From Dicyema japonicum (taxonomy: Eukaryota > Animalia > Dicyemida): a stretch of 64,000 bases of DNA. The position numbers and the translations under genes are program-made. The notes beneath the pieces were generated by a model. It worked only from the letters and a program-made list of their open reading frames with translations, ran no database searches and was not told where the DNA came from. Shown one piece after another: positions 52,865 through 64,000 of the stretch. Within the stretch, counting starts at the first letter, position 1. Each line of letters starts with the position of its first letter. Where the stretch lies: the NCBI GenBank assembly GCA_011109175.1, contig RDEW01000008.1, positions 1,041,276 through 1,105,275 of the forward strand, given 5' to 3'.

Positions 52865-53700
52865 AATTTATTAGACATTTCGAAAAAGTCATACTTTTTT
52901 TCTCTCCACCTCCACATTATACAAACGGTCTTGAGACGTAATGCCATCTTTCATGATAAAAACTTGGCCAGAATCCTTATCGTGTACCACAATATCAGGT
53001 TCATAGTGAGTTGCATAACGCCTTCACATTTACTAGCCCACCATCATCAACACCATACTTAGCAGACAAATAAGGTCTATAGTGCCTAGGTGGGTTGCCC
53101 GTGTTTTCTCGGTCGTTATTATGGCGTGCTTCCTAGCAGCCACACTTGACCCTCCTAACAGCGTCAAATGCATTTGCATAAGAATACGCTCACGTTTTTA
53201 TAATACTCCACACAGTCTACGGCCGAATTTATCACGGAATAAATTTAGTCTCTCTTTACTGGCTGCCAGCATATGGACATGGTTCTCTCTGAGTACTCCA
53301 CGGATCATAACATCCATCTCATCATACTCCTTTTGCTCAAACTCCACAACACCTATGTAATAGTTTAGCAGCAAGACAGAATACTCATTTAATGCTAGGA
53401 ACAAATTCCTTGCATTTAGAGACGTCTTACATAATAACGCTGCTCTTTTACAAATGCCTTCAGTAATTTGTCGCTTTGTCTCAGGTGTTATAAGGGACTT
53501 TGGAGTTTCGGTAACACCCAGATACTTATATCCTTCGTGTTCCTCTAGGACTTTTCGTAACACCAGATACTTATATCCTTCGTGTTCCTCTTTAGTTACT
53601 TGTCGATTTATCTCAGGGACTCAATTGAAATCTGTCGATAAAAAATCCATTCAGATTCAAAATTGAAATATTGAGGATACTTTTTTATTAAAAAATAAAT
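52865..53700 (-). mobile_element. R4/Dong-like RLE non-LTR retrotransposon fragment (best-preserved copy)
   Basis: GYKYLGV...LCKTSLNARNLFLALNEYS..LNYYIGVV...KERLNLFRDKFGRRL, then EPDIVVHDK...GITSQDRLYNVEVERKKYDF; ~47 bp local duplication of the YKYLG segment at ~53510-53590. Confidence 0.75.
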
Positions 53701-53837
53701 AACTGAACAAATAAAAAAATAATCAAAAATTTGAACTAAAAGCACGAGATATTAACTTCCGACCAATTTCAAGCTAAATATTATAAAAATTTAGGATATC
53801 CATTCAAAAGCAGTAAATTTACTGGTAAAATATACGG

Positions 53838-55253
53838 CTTTAAAAGTTTTCCTAAGTGGGCAGCGATAATTTCCGCCACTTCCCTCTGGTCCACAATTTG
53901 CGTTCTTTTGTCATCTTTTATAATTATCGGTTGATGGGGTCTTTCCCTTCATCTGTTTCACAGCCTCGTAGAATCTAGCGTTGTCTTTGAGAGATTCTAT
54001 CTTCTTAATCTGGTCCAGTGCTCTATTTCTGTTTTGCTGGCGCATAGTTTTTCTTATTTTTGCTTTGATAGTTATTCTTTCTAGCCTCAATTTTGATTTT
54101 ACGTTCGAATCGTCAGTATTTTGATATAGCATCCATATGGTCTTCTGTTTATTGGCAAGGTCCTTCACCGTGTACATGTCATTGTGCGATGGGATTTTCT
54201 CATTTTCTTTCATTAGATGAAGATTGGCTTTTTTATGTATTGATTTCTTTACAAAATCCCAGGATTTTCCGAGCGGCAAATCTGTAGGCATGTATTCTAG
54301 TTCTGCATCCAGATATTCTCTGAATGCTAGGGCCCCTTCTGATTGACTGATTAAGGATTCCAAGTTATAACGTCTATAGCTGGGTTCTGTGGTTTCAATG
54401 TGCTTCCATTTCGTTCTTTGTAGTACCATAAATCTCTTAAGAGAAAGTCTAGCGAAAACCATTTTGTGGTCGCTGTCGCTAATTGATCCACCATAAGCTC
54501 GTGCATAAGTATAATCCCTCGATCTTTTTGCCTGCATATGATATAGTCGATCTGGTTGTATATATTTATCACTCACACTTCGAGATTTGTTCTGTGTCCC
54601 GACCACGTAGATTTATGTCTGGCTGGATGCATGAAGGTGTATTGCATAAAAATAGGTTGTTCATTTGACAGAAGTTAGCTAGTAGAGTTCCCGGGGAATT
54701 TCTTTTCTCCCTACCATGCCTTCCCAAGAATGTCTCATCGGTCGTAACCTGGGTGCCATTTTTCGCATTTAGGTTTCCTGCAATCATTACTAATGTCGAG
54801 AAAGCATACTTGGAAAAGACTGGTGTAAAAGTCATCAATCTCCCCAGGGTTTTTATTAAGCCATCCACTGTGAAGGGCGTAAACGTTTATTATAGTTAGA
54901 TATTTCTTCGACGGGTTGAGGTCATCCAGTTTCAATTGCAACACCCCGATTCTATCATTCACACTGTAATATCGGCAGACTCTTTTGGATAGATCATTCC
55001 TGACGGCAAATCCTAGCCCATAGAGCTTGTTTCTACCTGGAAGGAAGATTAGTCGAAAGTTCTCATGTTGTTCTTTGATCCCGTTGATTAGTTTAATCTC
55101 CTGAAGGCAGGCGATTGAAATCATGTATTTTGTTAGATCCTCGACCAGTTCCTTCCGGTTCCGAACGCTAGAAAGTCCCCTGACGTTAAACGTGAAAAAG
55201 GAGAGTCCAATAGCTTGATACTGTGTTTTCCAGACATTGAGTTCAAGAGCCAC
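53838..55253 (-). mobile_element. RTE-like LINE 5' part (ORF start, APE endonuclease, linker); RT deleted
   Basis: TFNVRGLSS...IACLQEIK, LGFAV, NDRI, YNQIDYII, SDHKMV motifs across ORFs 54735-55253, 54569-54868 and 53911-54606. Confidence 0.85.
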
Positions 55254-55403
55254 GTTAAATTAGGTTAATTAATTCATAATTTACATATAAAACTTATTTT
55301 AATAACTTAATTTATTTTTATAAGTTAAGTTATTAAATTAATTAATTTTATTATAATAATTTTTTAAAATTACTTATTCATAAATAATTAATTATTTTAC
55401 TTA

Positions 55404-56533
55404 ATGATCTTTATGATTGGAGGTTTGTTTGAATTTAATAAGTTTGTAGAAATTGTGTTGTTTTTCGGTTTAATTAAACTTGAAATCACTATTGATAAAG
55501 TGTCAAATAGTCAAATTCCAATGTGGATCATTAGTGTAAATGACGAATTTTCTATTTTATTTTCTGGAGAGATTAACGTGAGGATTACAGATAATGGAAT
55601 GGTAAATGAATATGATAGTAGTAGGATCGAGTTGTCAATTTCAACGAGACAGTTGTCGGTTATGAGAATCTAGGAAATAATGAATTCTATATCAATTTAC
55701 AAGTTGGAATTACACTTGTTAGTTTTAAATTGAAAATGGATGATAATCTTAATTATTTAAATCTAATTTATGTTATGGTTGTCGGTATCTTGACATTATA
55801 GATACGGGGAATTGGTAGTTCTTCTATTAATATTAATGAAATATTTTTGATTAGAAATTATTATTATTGTCATAATTTAAAGATAGAATTTCCTCCATTT
55901 ATTTTACACATTCTACTTTAAACTACAAGTATCTCGAACACCTGGAATTACATCATTTTCTGAAACCTGTTGTATTTATTATAATTTTAAGTTGATAATT
56001 GCAGTAATGATCTGTTAAATAATGAACCTATTGAACCAATAATCGGTCCTTTAAGTTGTTTTATTAATATTTATCATCTTTTATTTTTTTATTTATTTTT
56101 AGGACACACTACAGCTACTTCCACTACTACAAGTGAAGGTAAATATTTTAATTTCATGTTTATAAATTAATGCAATTAAATAATATTCTTATTCATAAAA
56201 TTGATAACTACAGCTACTCCCACAAATACAGCTGAAGGTAAAATATCTTCAATTTATGATTAATCAATTCATATAATTAAATGTTAGATTCACCCACAGA
56301 ATTTGCCACTACAACTACTTCCACTACTACAATTGAAGGTAAAATATTTTAATTCCCTATTTAATCAATTTATATCATTTTTATTTTAAGATCCGAGCAT
56401 AACAAGTTCAACAATTAACACTAATTTGATAGTAAGCATGCATGCCCGAAAATTCAGTACTTCATCCGTTTCTCGTCCAGTGGAAGTAACATTCTTCCTA
56501 CTTGGATGGATTTTAGTTAACATACTAATTTAA
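55404..56533 (+). CDS. LAMP-like domain + mucin stalk + GPI-type tail glycoprotein, copy E (complete; one 2 nt frameshift, real or sequencing error)
   Basis: Exons 55404-55422, 55450-55601, 55625-55777, 55802-55968 (2 nt short near 55905-55925), 55992-56045, 56103-56138, 56288-56338, 56391-56533; introns 1-4 are 27/23/24/23 nt; a 39 nt stalk exon near 56199-56237 has lost its AG. Confidence 0.6.
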
Positions 56534-56964
56534 TTTAAACTAACAGATTTCTTTGTTAATTTTATTTTCGGAGATTAATTTAATAATTATTTAACCCAGG
56601 ACACACAAAGAAAGATATCGGTGATTAATAATTAATTATGTTTATCCAAGTACAAAGTTGTAATAGGATAGAGACATGAACCTCTATACAAACAACTAGA
56701 TCCGAGATCACAGTGAGAGACATTCTCCATGAGATTAACTGTCGTCATATGAGAAATGTAATCTATTTGATGTCTTCCTGAATTTGGACTTCATGGTAAC
56801 AAAGTAATGAATTGAGAAGAGAAGTAAGTAAGATGAATTGAAAGCTTGATGAACTGTTATTAGGATGACATCATACTGACTAATAAAACTTTTCAAAGAT
56901 TTGGTTGATTCTTAAGCTGCCCCGTTGGAACTTTGTGATCATATGACTTAATTTGGTTGTTTCG

Positions 56965-58766
56965 GAGATCAATTATATCAATGGTTTTGAAAAACGAGTG
57001 ATATGGTGTGATCAATGAAAATCTCAGATGGAAATTAAAGAACGAAAAGAAGACGAAGTCTAGAAACAAAGCCAGTAGAGACAACTCAGGTATGTCTCTT
57101 ATGTGGACATTCGAAACTCAGGAAATTTAGAATTAATTTCACGCAATATGAACCATTCGTCCATTTGGGCTCGTAAAAATCAGTAAAGCTTGCGCCGAGA
57201 CGCTGTCGGGTTATCTGTCCATTCTTGTATTGGAAAAAAGCTCCCCAGGCTGGAAAAAATAGCTCAGCCAAACTTTACACTGACACATACTGAGCAAACT
57301 ATCTTGCGAACCTCCGGAAAGTCAGGAAGATCCCAGTAAAAATCCGTAAAGGAGTAAGAATTGCAGAAGCAACGTGTCAGATGCCATTGATCACGGACTG
57401 TAATGAGGTCGAAACTAGAGGAGCATACACCAAATATGTCCCCAACAAACTAAAGGAAAGAGTAAAACTGAAACTTCTGGAGGGCGACGACGTGCGGGCT
57501 GCTTTACGGGTTATCACGTCCGATGACACAGTATTGTCTTGTACTCCTGAGTTCTTGAAAACCTTAATACTGAAAAACCTTAATACTGACTATGAAAAGT
57601 TTTAGAATCCTGAATGAACCCGCTAAATCTCTGGTACCTCGATGATGCCACAATTGGAGGATCATTCAAGGAAACATACAATTCATTACGTGAAACGTTA
57701 TCCGGTTTAAAACACTTGGGCTTGGACTTCAATGTTAACAAATCAGAGCTAATGAATGTCTCATATCCGAACACCGACATTCTATCTATCAAAAAGTCCT
57801 TTAACGAAATGCTTCCTGGAATCCCGACTGTGCCAGTTGATAAATTATATTTCCTCGGATCAGCGAAAAACTCAAGAACTATCTACTTTGCAAAAATGAA
57901 GAATTACACGGTTCGCGAAAAGATTGTCATGTCTCGACTCTCACACATCCTTCTCCCAGATGAGAAACAACATCGGACTACCCAAGCTTTTATATCTACT
58001 ATGATGTTCACTTTGCTACGAACAATACGACAGTCTACTTTCGATAGACAAATTTCTCAAATAAAATGTTGAATCACCTAATTAACGTCCGCTTCGACGA
58101 ACTTAGTTAGAAGCAATGTAAGCTTCTTTCTGGAATTGATGTTGTTGGTCTAAGATCGGTGCTGGAAACCGCGTACCTGGCATATCTATCGTCTCTCTCA
58201 AGCTGTACTGGAACGGGTCCGGACTCAAAATCCCCAAAGACACAATGAAGCAAAGTAATTGGGATTCCATTGTCTGCTCCAAAATTTTAAAAGATTTTAA
58301 AAAAAAAGCAAATCAACTTATTTGTTGTCAGCTTTAAGTGGAGGGAGTAAAGCATGGCTTGGTGCAATACCTTATCCAATCCTCGGGACTTTTTTGGACG
58401 ACGATTATTTGAGGATTGGAATCGGACAACGGCTAAGACTAGACGTTTGCCAAAAGCACTGATGCCGATCTGGGAAAACAGTCGATGCGAAAGGATTGCA
58501 CCCGCTGTTTAGCAGAAGAAGCGCCGTAAGTGGACCACGTCATGCTGCTCTGAACGATGTGATCGTCATAGCTCTGAAGGCTACAGGCTTCCCAGCATAC
58601 CTTGAACCAGTGGGTCTCGTTCGAGAAGATGGAAAGAAACCTTTTCACATCCGGAAGATCCTTGGTCTGGAACGCAACTTGTGTTGACAGATTCTCAAGC
58701 ACGAATCTTTTCAAATTAGTTCAAGACACCTGGAGCAGCTGCTTTGACCGCGGAAAACCTAAAAAT
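56965..58766 (+). mobile_element. CRE-like retrotransposon, long degenerate copy (PHD remnant, RT, CCHC/RLE)
   Basis: VCLLCG...RKF...FVHLG, RKIPVKIRKGVRIAEA, LNLWYLDDATIGG, RHAALND; internal deletions. Confidence 0.75.
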
Positions 58767-61700
58767 GACTTTCCCGACTTTTCCATGAAGAACATTATCA
58801 ATCCCTTTGACGAGAGAAAAACTACGCTTCACACCCGTATAGTAGCTCTGGTAGAATAATCTTTATGAAGATAAACAAGAAGGTCTTCAAGCTTACGAAC
58901 AACTGCTCGTACAGAGAAGCGCTTGTAGCGCCTTCTTCCTTCTTCGTCTGATATTTTCCATTAAGGAACCTTCTCCTTCAATAACTATCCTGAGGTAACG
59001 GAGTAAGTTTACTTTTGGAATATCAAGTGAGTAGGGCTGCGTACGGTGTCTCGTAGACGGTTAACTCTCAAGTAGCTGGACTTCTCCGTAGAGAGTCTTA
59101 TCCCTCTCTTGGAGCACCAATTTTGCACTTGGTCGATGAATGACTTGATTCTTCTTTCCGATAGAGTTTACTTCCAAGACATATCTGTAATTAGAATATC
59201 GTCTGCGTATATCAATAGTTTGGTGTTCGCATCCAGCGGAATTGGAAAGTCTGATAGAAACACATTGAACAGAAGCGGGCTCAAGGTAGAGTCCTGTGGA
59301 ACGCCCCTCTTCAGAAAGATATCTTTTGACATATTCGTCCCAACACGTATTTGGGAAGTCCGTCCTGTTAATAAGTTTTTTATCCATATGAAAAGTTTCC
59401 TTTGGATAGTAGCAGCCGCTAGCCTTGATAGCAGAGCTTCATGCCACACGCTATCGAATGCCTTGGTCAGGTCCAAACATACTATGTTAACTTGCTTCTT
59501 GAATTCAGACCTCTCAATACCACCGAATGTATGTGGTGGATGCAATCCGTGCAGGATTTCCCAGGTCTGAAGCCACATTGTTCTGCGAGAAGGAAAACCA
59601 TGTACTCGTTTAGCCTCTTGAAGATAATTCGCTCAACAATCTTGGAAATAGAGCAAATGAGGCTGATCGGCCTATAGTTGAGAGGGTCCCTCCCCGACTT
59701 TCCAGGTTTCAGGATCATTCTAACTATGTAGGTTTTTCAGTTTTTGGGGACATAGACATAATCTATGCTCGCGTTGACTAAATTCTTCAGCACGAGCAGC
59801 AGATCATCTAGGCCTTCCTTGAACATTCTCTTGCTAATATGGTCATGTCCACGGGCGTTAGCTTTGTACACTCTATTGGCAATCACTCTGTCGTTATCTT
59901 CATCACAGTATTTTGAAATCGTCGGGAATAAGTAATAAGTTCTTTTGAAGCTCTCAACTCTTCCCTCGGGATCAGCCCCGTCGGGTTGACTTCCTGGATA
60001 CGGTCTAGTTGCTTCTTAAAGATTTCCAGTACTTCTTCCATAGAATATGATCTACCTTCCGGTTTGTTCAGAGAGATTTTCACATCATTCCTCTTCTGGC
60101 CTGTTATTCTTTTGTAGATCTTCCTGAACGAAGGGTCTTTGATGTTTAGTTTGCTTGTTTCGACCCTCCAACATTGTTCTATTGCCAGTCTTGTTCCCTC
60201 TTCAATAGCTTTTTTGATTATTTTTAGTTGACCAGTCAATGTAATTCGGTCCATCCAGTCGACACATCTTCTGAGTTTGTTCCTCAGTCGGTATCTTTCT
60301 TTAATCATAGATAGTGTAGAAGAAGGAAATTAATGCTCTTCTTATAATTGGTATCGGAGAGTCTCCTCCTGGCGTAAAGTGATAAGTATCTCTCCATCAC
60401 AGTTGAAAGTTCTCTGTCTATGTTGTCAATATCATTTCGGGAATAAGGTCCCTCCTTCCATTTTTTGAGATTTCTAAACATGTATCTTCATAGTGTTCCC
60501 AATTTAATCTTGATTGGTCGTAGCCTGTGAACACTGACTCCGTAGTGTCCGGAGCCAGGTTCAGTGACATCTCTTGAGGGATGCGGTCGCTCCCGATGTC
60601 CCACATGATATCAGTCTCTCCACATAAGTGTAGAGCATTGATGACACCAGGAACACTTCAAGCATGTCTCCACCGTAGTGCGAGAAGTGATTCGGCTTCT
60701 CCGATGTCAAAATCTAGAAGCCAGTCTAGTAACTCAATTTTCTTAGCCTGATTCCATCCTCGTTGGTTCCCAGGCATCCATGTTTAATGTTCTTGGCGTT
60801 TAGATCTCCCACTAGGACAGACATATCGTTTCCCGCGAAGAATTCTTCAATTTCTGTGGAGCACTTTCTGAGTTCCTTTGAATACAATCCTCCAACGTGT
60901 ATCCAACGGCCACAGCATCGCACCTCGACGGAAACAAATTCACAATGTGTATTCATAATTATTATTGCTCACGTATCTGTAGAACATCATGTGGTTCCAG
61001 TACCAGCCTCTACACATTCGACCCATGGTATTTCTACAGGAATTACATCCCCGTAGCATTGTAGTGTTGTCTTTTTTCACCTTAGTCTCGTTGACCACCA
61101 GGATGTCAATCTTGGTGGCCGACAGAAGTAGTGCCAGGTCATGACGCCTATTCCTCAGTGATCGGGCGTTCAGCAGCACTATCTTCAGGTTTCTTCTCAA
61201 TTTTCTTTTGGTGAAACTGGCTCTCCATGGCCAAGTCCACCATTCTTTTTAAATCCACTCCAAGTATGCCGCTTAGTTCATTCAGTCTTGATATTATTTC
61301 TTCCAGTTCTTTTGCAAATCTCCTGGTATCTTGAAGAGGAGATGGTTCATTCTTGTTAGTCCTTGGACAATTATTCTTTTTTGGGTAGGAGTTTCACTTT
61401 GTTATAACTTATAACATTCATCTGTTTCGGTTCCGTATTGTTGTTGATTCGGGGACTTCGCTTTCGCCTGGCCTCCACAAGCACAGGGAATCCTCCATAT
61501 TTTGCATCGTGTTTTGTTGATCCGCAGTTAACACAATTAAGGTTCAAGACCCGGATCCGCATTGCACCTGGAGGTGTCATGCTCTCCCGCGCAACGAAAG
61601 CATTTCTTCTTTCCCGTGCACTGGTATGCAAAGTGACCGACATGCTGACAGTTGTAACATATTGGCGGTCCTCTTCTCATCCATTCACAGGAGATCTTGT

Positions 61701-62500
61701 TCGTTCCAATGTAGAAGCCACAGCGTATTAGTGATGTGGCCTCGATTTAACCGAGGCCTTCTCCATTGGCATCGGCTGCGATCCTCTGGACATTCGGGTA
61801 ACTTTGTAGTTGAGGGAACCATCTCCTGAAGGTAGTCCAAGAGGTCGTCCTCATTCGCCTTGAAAGGCAGGTTCCTGAATACAATCACAGACGGTTTTGT
61901 TAAGAGTGTTCTGAATTGGTGTTTGTCGGGACCAAAAAGACAGATCTCATTTACGGCCTCTATATAAGTGGCCATGTAGAAGTTGAACTGAAAATCCAGT
62001 CGGAAGGAGCCCGGTCCTCTGTGGCTCATTCTCATAGATCCGTAGTGGTCATACACAGGCAGGATATGTCTTAAGTGAAAGATGTAAATCACCACTCTCT
62101 AATTTCTATTTTCTAAATCAACCCACCCACAGAGAAATTGCGTTGGATCCCAGAAGGGGCACAAGGAGAGAATGAGAATTCGGTGTAAGCTAATGAGCCT
62201 GGAGGTAATGGAGTCTCGCTGGAGACTATTCTGGCACTTCCTGAAGATGGAATTGGTATTCCTGCCTAACAGAGATATAGAAGACTACTATGTTTGCTTC
62301 CGACGACCCCCCGTTCTTACTGAGAAAATGATGTCACTTCTAAATATTAACTTTCCAGAAAAAATACCTGCCTCTTGGATCTTGGCTACTATTTCCTATC
62401 CAGAAACTAACGATTCCCAATTCATGTGTATACGAGTTCGAAAAGTTATTGTCTCACTTAGATCAATGGAGATGACTTCACCTGAGGACCATACAGTAGC
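58767..62500 (-). mobile_element. Jockey/I-like LINE: gag-like ORF1 with zinc knuckles + ORF2 (APE, RT); frameshifted, 3'-truncated
   Basis: CYNCQHVGHFAYQC, CFRCAGEH..C, CVNCGSTKH knuckles (~61500-61670); ORF2 motifs as in 41862-44500; 5' boundary (~62100-62500) uncertain. Confidence 0.8.
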
Positions 62501-62622
62501 TTGTTTTTTTAGCCAATAATTTAAGCAAATACTCTACTTCAGTGTGTTTTAACAATTCTTGAAAGTAATTCAAATCTTGATGTATGATATTTTTCGGTAT
62601 TAAGAATTTGAAGATGACTAAT

Positions 62623-62695
62623 GCCTCCGTGGCGCAACGGTTAGCGCGTGTGGCTGTTAACTGCGAGGTTGCTGTTTCGAATCCGGCCGGAGGCG
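62623..62695 (+). tRNA. trnN: tRNA-Asn(GTT) duplicate with two T-stem substitutions (possible pseudogene)
   Basis: Identical to 45125-45197 except T-stem GCTGT vs GCCGG, giving a G-U pair and a U-C mismatch next to the TTC loop. Confidence 0.7.
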
Positions 62696-63079
62696 AATTT
62701 TTATCTAAACAAAGTTACTTTTTTTGCAAATTGCCAAATTATAAAAAAATATACCGTATTCCTTATACTAAAATATTTATAAACATCTATTTTTTCCTGT
62801 TTTCTTTCTACGCAAAAATTAATTTTTTAAAAAGAGCCTATTCTTAGAAAATATACTTCATTGCTAAACTAAGTAAAATCATTCGGGTCACTCAACTTAG
62901 ATTCAATAAAATAATATTTTTTTATTTCAGGATGGCTTTAAGCGACACTCTGTGTTTACAGATATATTCACAATTTCACTAGTAAAGTTATACATGAACA
63001 ATTTTTTTTTAAATCAAAATAAATTTTTCTACTTGCTGCTCTCAGAATCCAAGACAAATTAAGTTACTGAAAGCCATAT

Positions 63080-63690
63080 TAACCATGTCAAGATAAATAT
63101 TCATCAAATGGGCCCCAACTACTTCACTCATCGTCCTCTAATGGATTTTTTGTGGTCAAATAGTGAGGATGATCCGTTCATTTATTTCATTTGCACTTTC
63201 ATTTTCATAAAAGACGCAGTTACTTCCTCCTCTTTTTTGACTTATAGCTTTCCAAAATAATAATCCCTTCATTGCCGAGAAGCGTCTAAGTGTTTGGCTT
63301 TACTTCATAAACAAGATATAGTCCGACGTTAGAGATGTACAGTAGGACATGTGTGGTTAATAACTCCTTGAAACATCGCTATAAATTTATCATCTGCATA
63401 AACTTGAACAGTATGTATGGATCATTGAAGAATGGAATATCGGATAAAAACAAATTTAATAATGAATGGGTACAGTGGATGTCTTTGAGGTACACCGTTC
63501 GGTAAGAAACGAGATATTGATACCGTAGTCTCCTGCGTCGCGCGGAAAGAAATTGTTGTCTTTGTATTATATTCGGATTCGAATGTCTTTTGAATATCCA
63601 CGACAAATCCGAGATGTGTCACAGTAAAGCGACCCGGTTTGTAGTCGTATTGGAAGGAAGATGACAAAAGATTGGGAAAATAATTTTTAA
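63080..63690 (-). mobile_element. Highly degenerate non-LTR RT fragment (paralogue of 45560-46170)
   Basis: VDIQKTF, NGVPQ, VQVYADD motifs in shifting frames. Confidence 0.5.
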
Positions 63691-64000
63691 AACAAGCTTT
63701 GTGCATGTGAGAAAGACCGGCCAGAGAATTAAGAGTAATAGGATTTATTTTTTTAAATTTAAAAATATTATTATTAATATTTAACAGATCTTAAAAATAA
63801 AATAAATGAACATGTCTATTTCTTTATGTGTGTTTTTGTGGTGCACTGTGATCTCCATTTTAGTTAGTTAAAATGGTCGAAAAGTGCAATATTATTCTAC
63901 ACTTAACATTGCTACTATTTTAGTAGTTAGTACAGTGTACTACAGTATTTGTTAACATGTATATTGCTGATAATACTAGATATCCTATAGAATCCCATGA

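Noticed and set aside
56432-56457. Apparent 26 nt intron GTAAGC...TTCAG in the terminal exon
   Set aside because: Read-through is open and yields the conserved hydrophobic GPI-type tail in copies B and E; splicing gives a non-hydrophobic end. Alternative splicing to a secreted form is not excluded.

Overview
Eukaryotic, very AT-rich, gap-containing (three N runs) scaffold region that is a patchwork of local direct and inverted duplications and dead transposons. The non-LTR retrotransposon fragments belong to four types (CRE-like and R4/Dong-like with restriction-like endonuclease; RTE-like and Jockey/I-like with APE endonuclease), and there are several hAT DNA-transposon remnants. No transposon ORF is intact. 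There is one tRNA-Asn(GTT) plus a duplicated copy with a damaged T-arm. The main host content is largely invisible in the ORF track: five paralogues plus one 5' fragment of a spliced gene that can only be read after removing 23-27 nt GT-AG micro-introns. The spliced product is signal peptide + a LAMP-like luminal domain + a Ser/Thr-rich mucin stalk + a C-terminal GPI-type hydrophobic tail. The stalk is built from tandem ~100 bp exon+intron units (phase 1-1) whose number differs between paralogues (1, 2, 7), and the LAMP-like domain shows a strong excess of amino-acid-changing differences. This looks like a birth-and-death, diversifying surface glycoprotein family in a compact-intron (possibly parasitic metazoan) genome. 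Family names come from motif recognition by eye, not database searches; TE and duplication boundaries are approximate.
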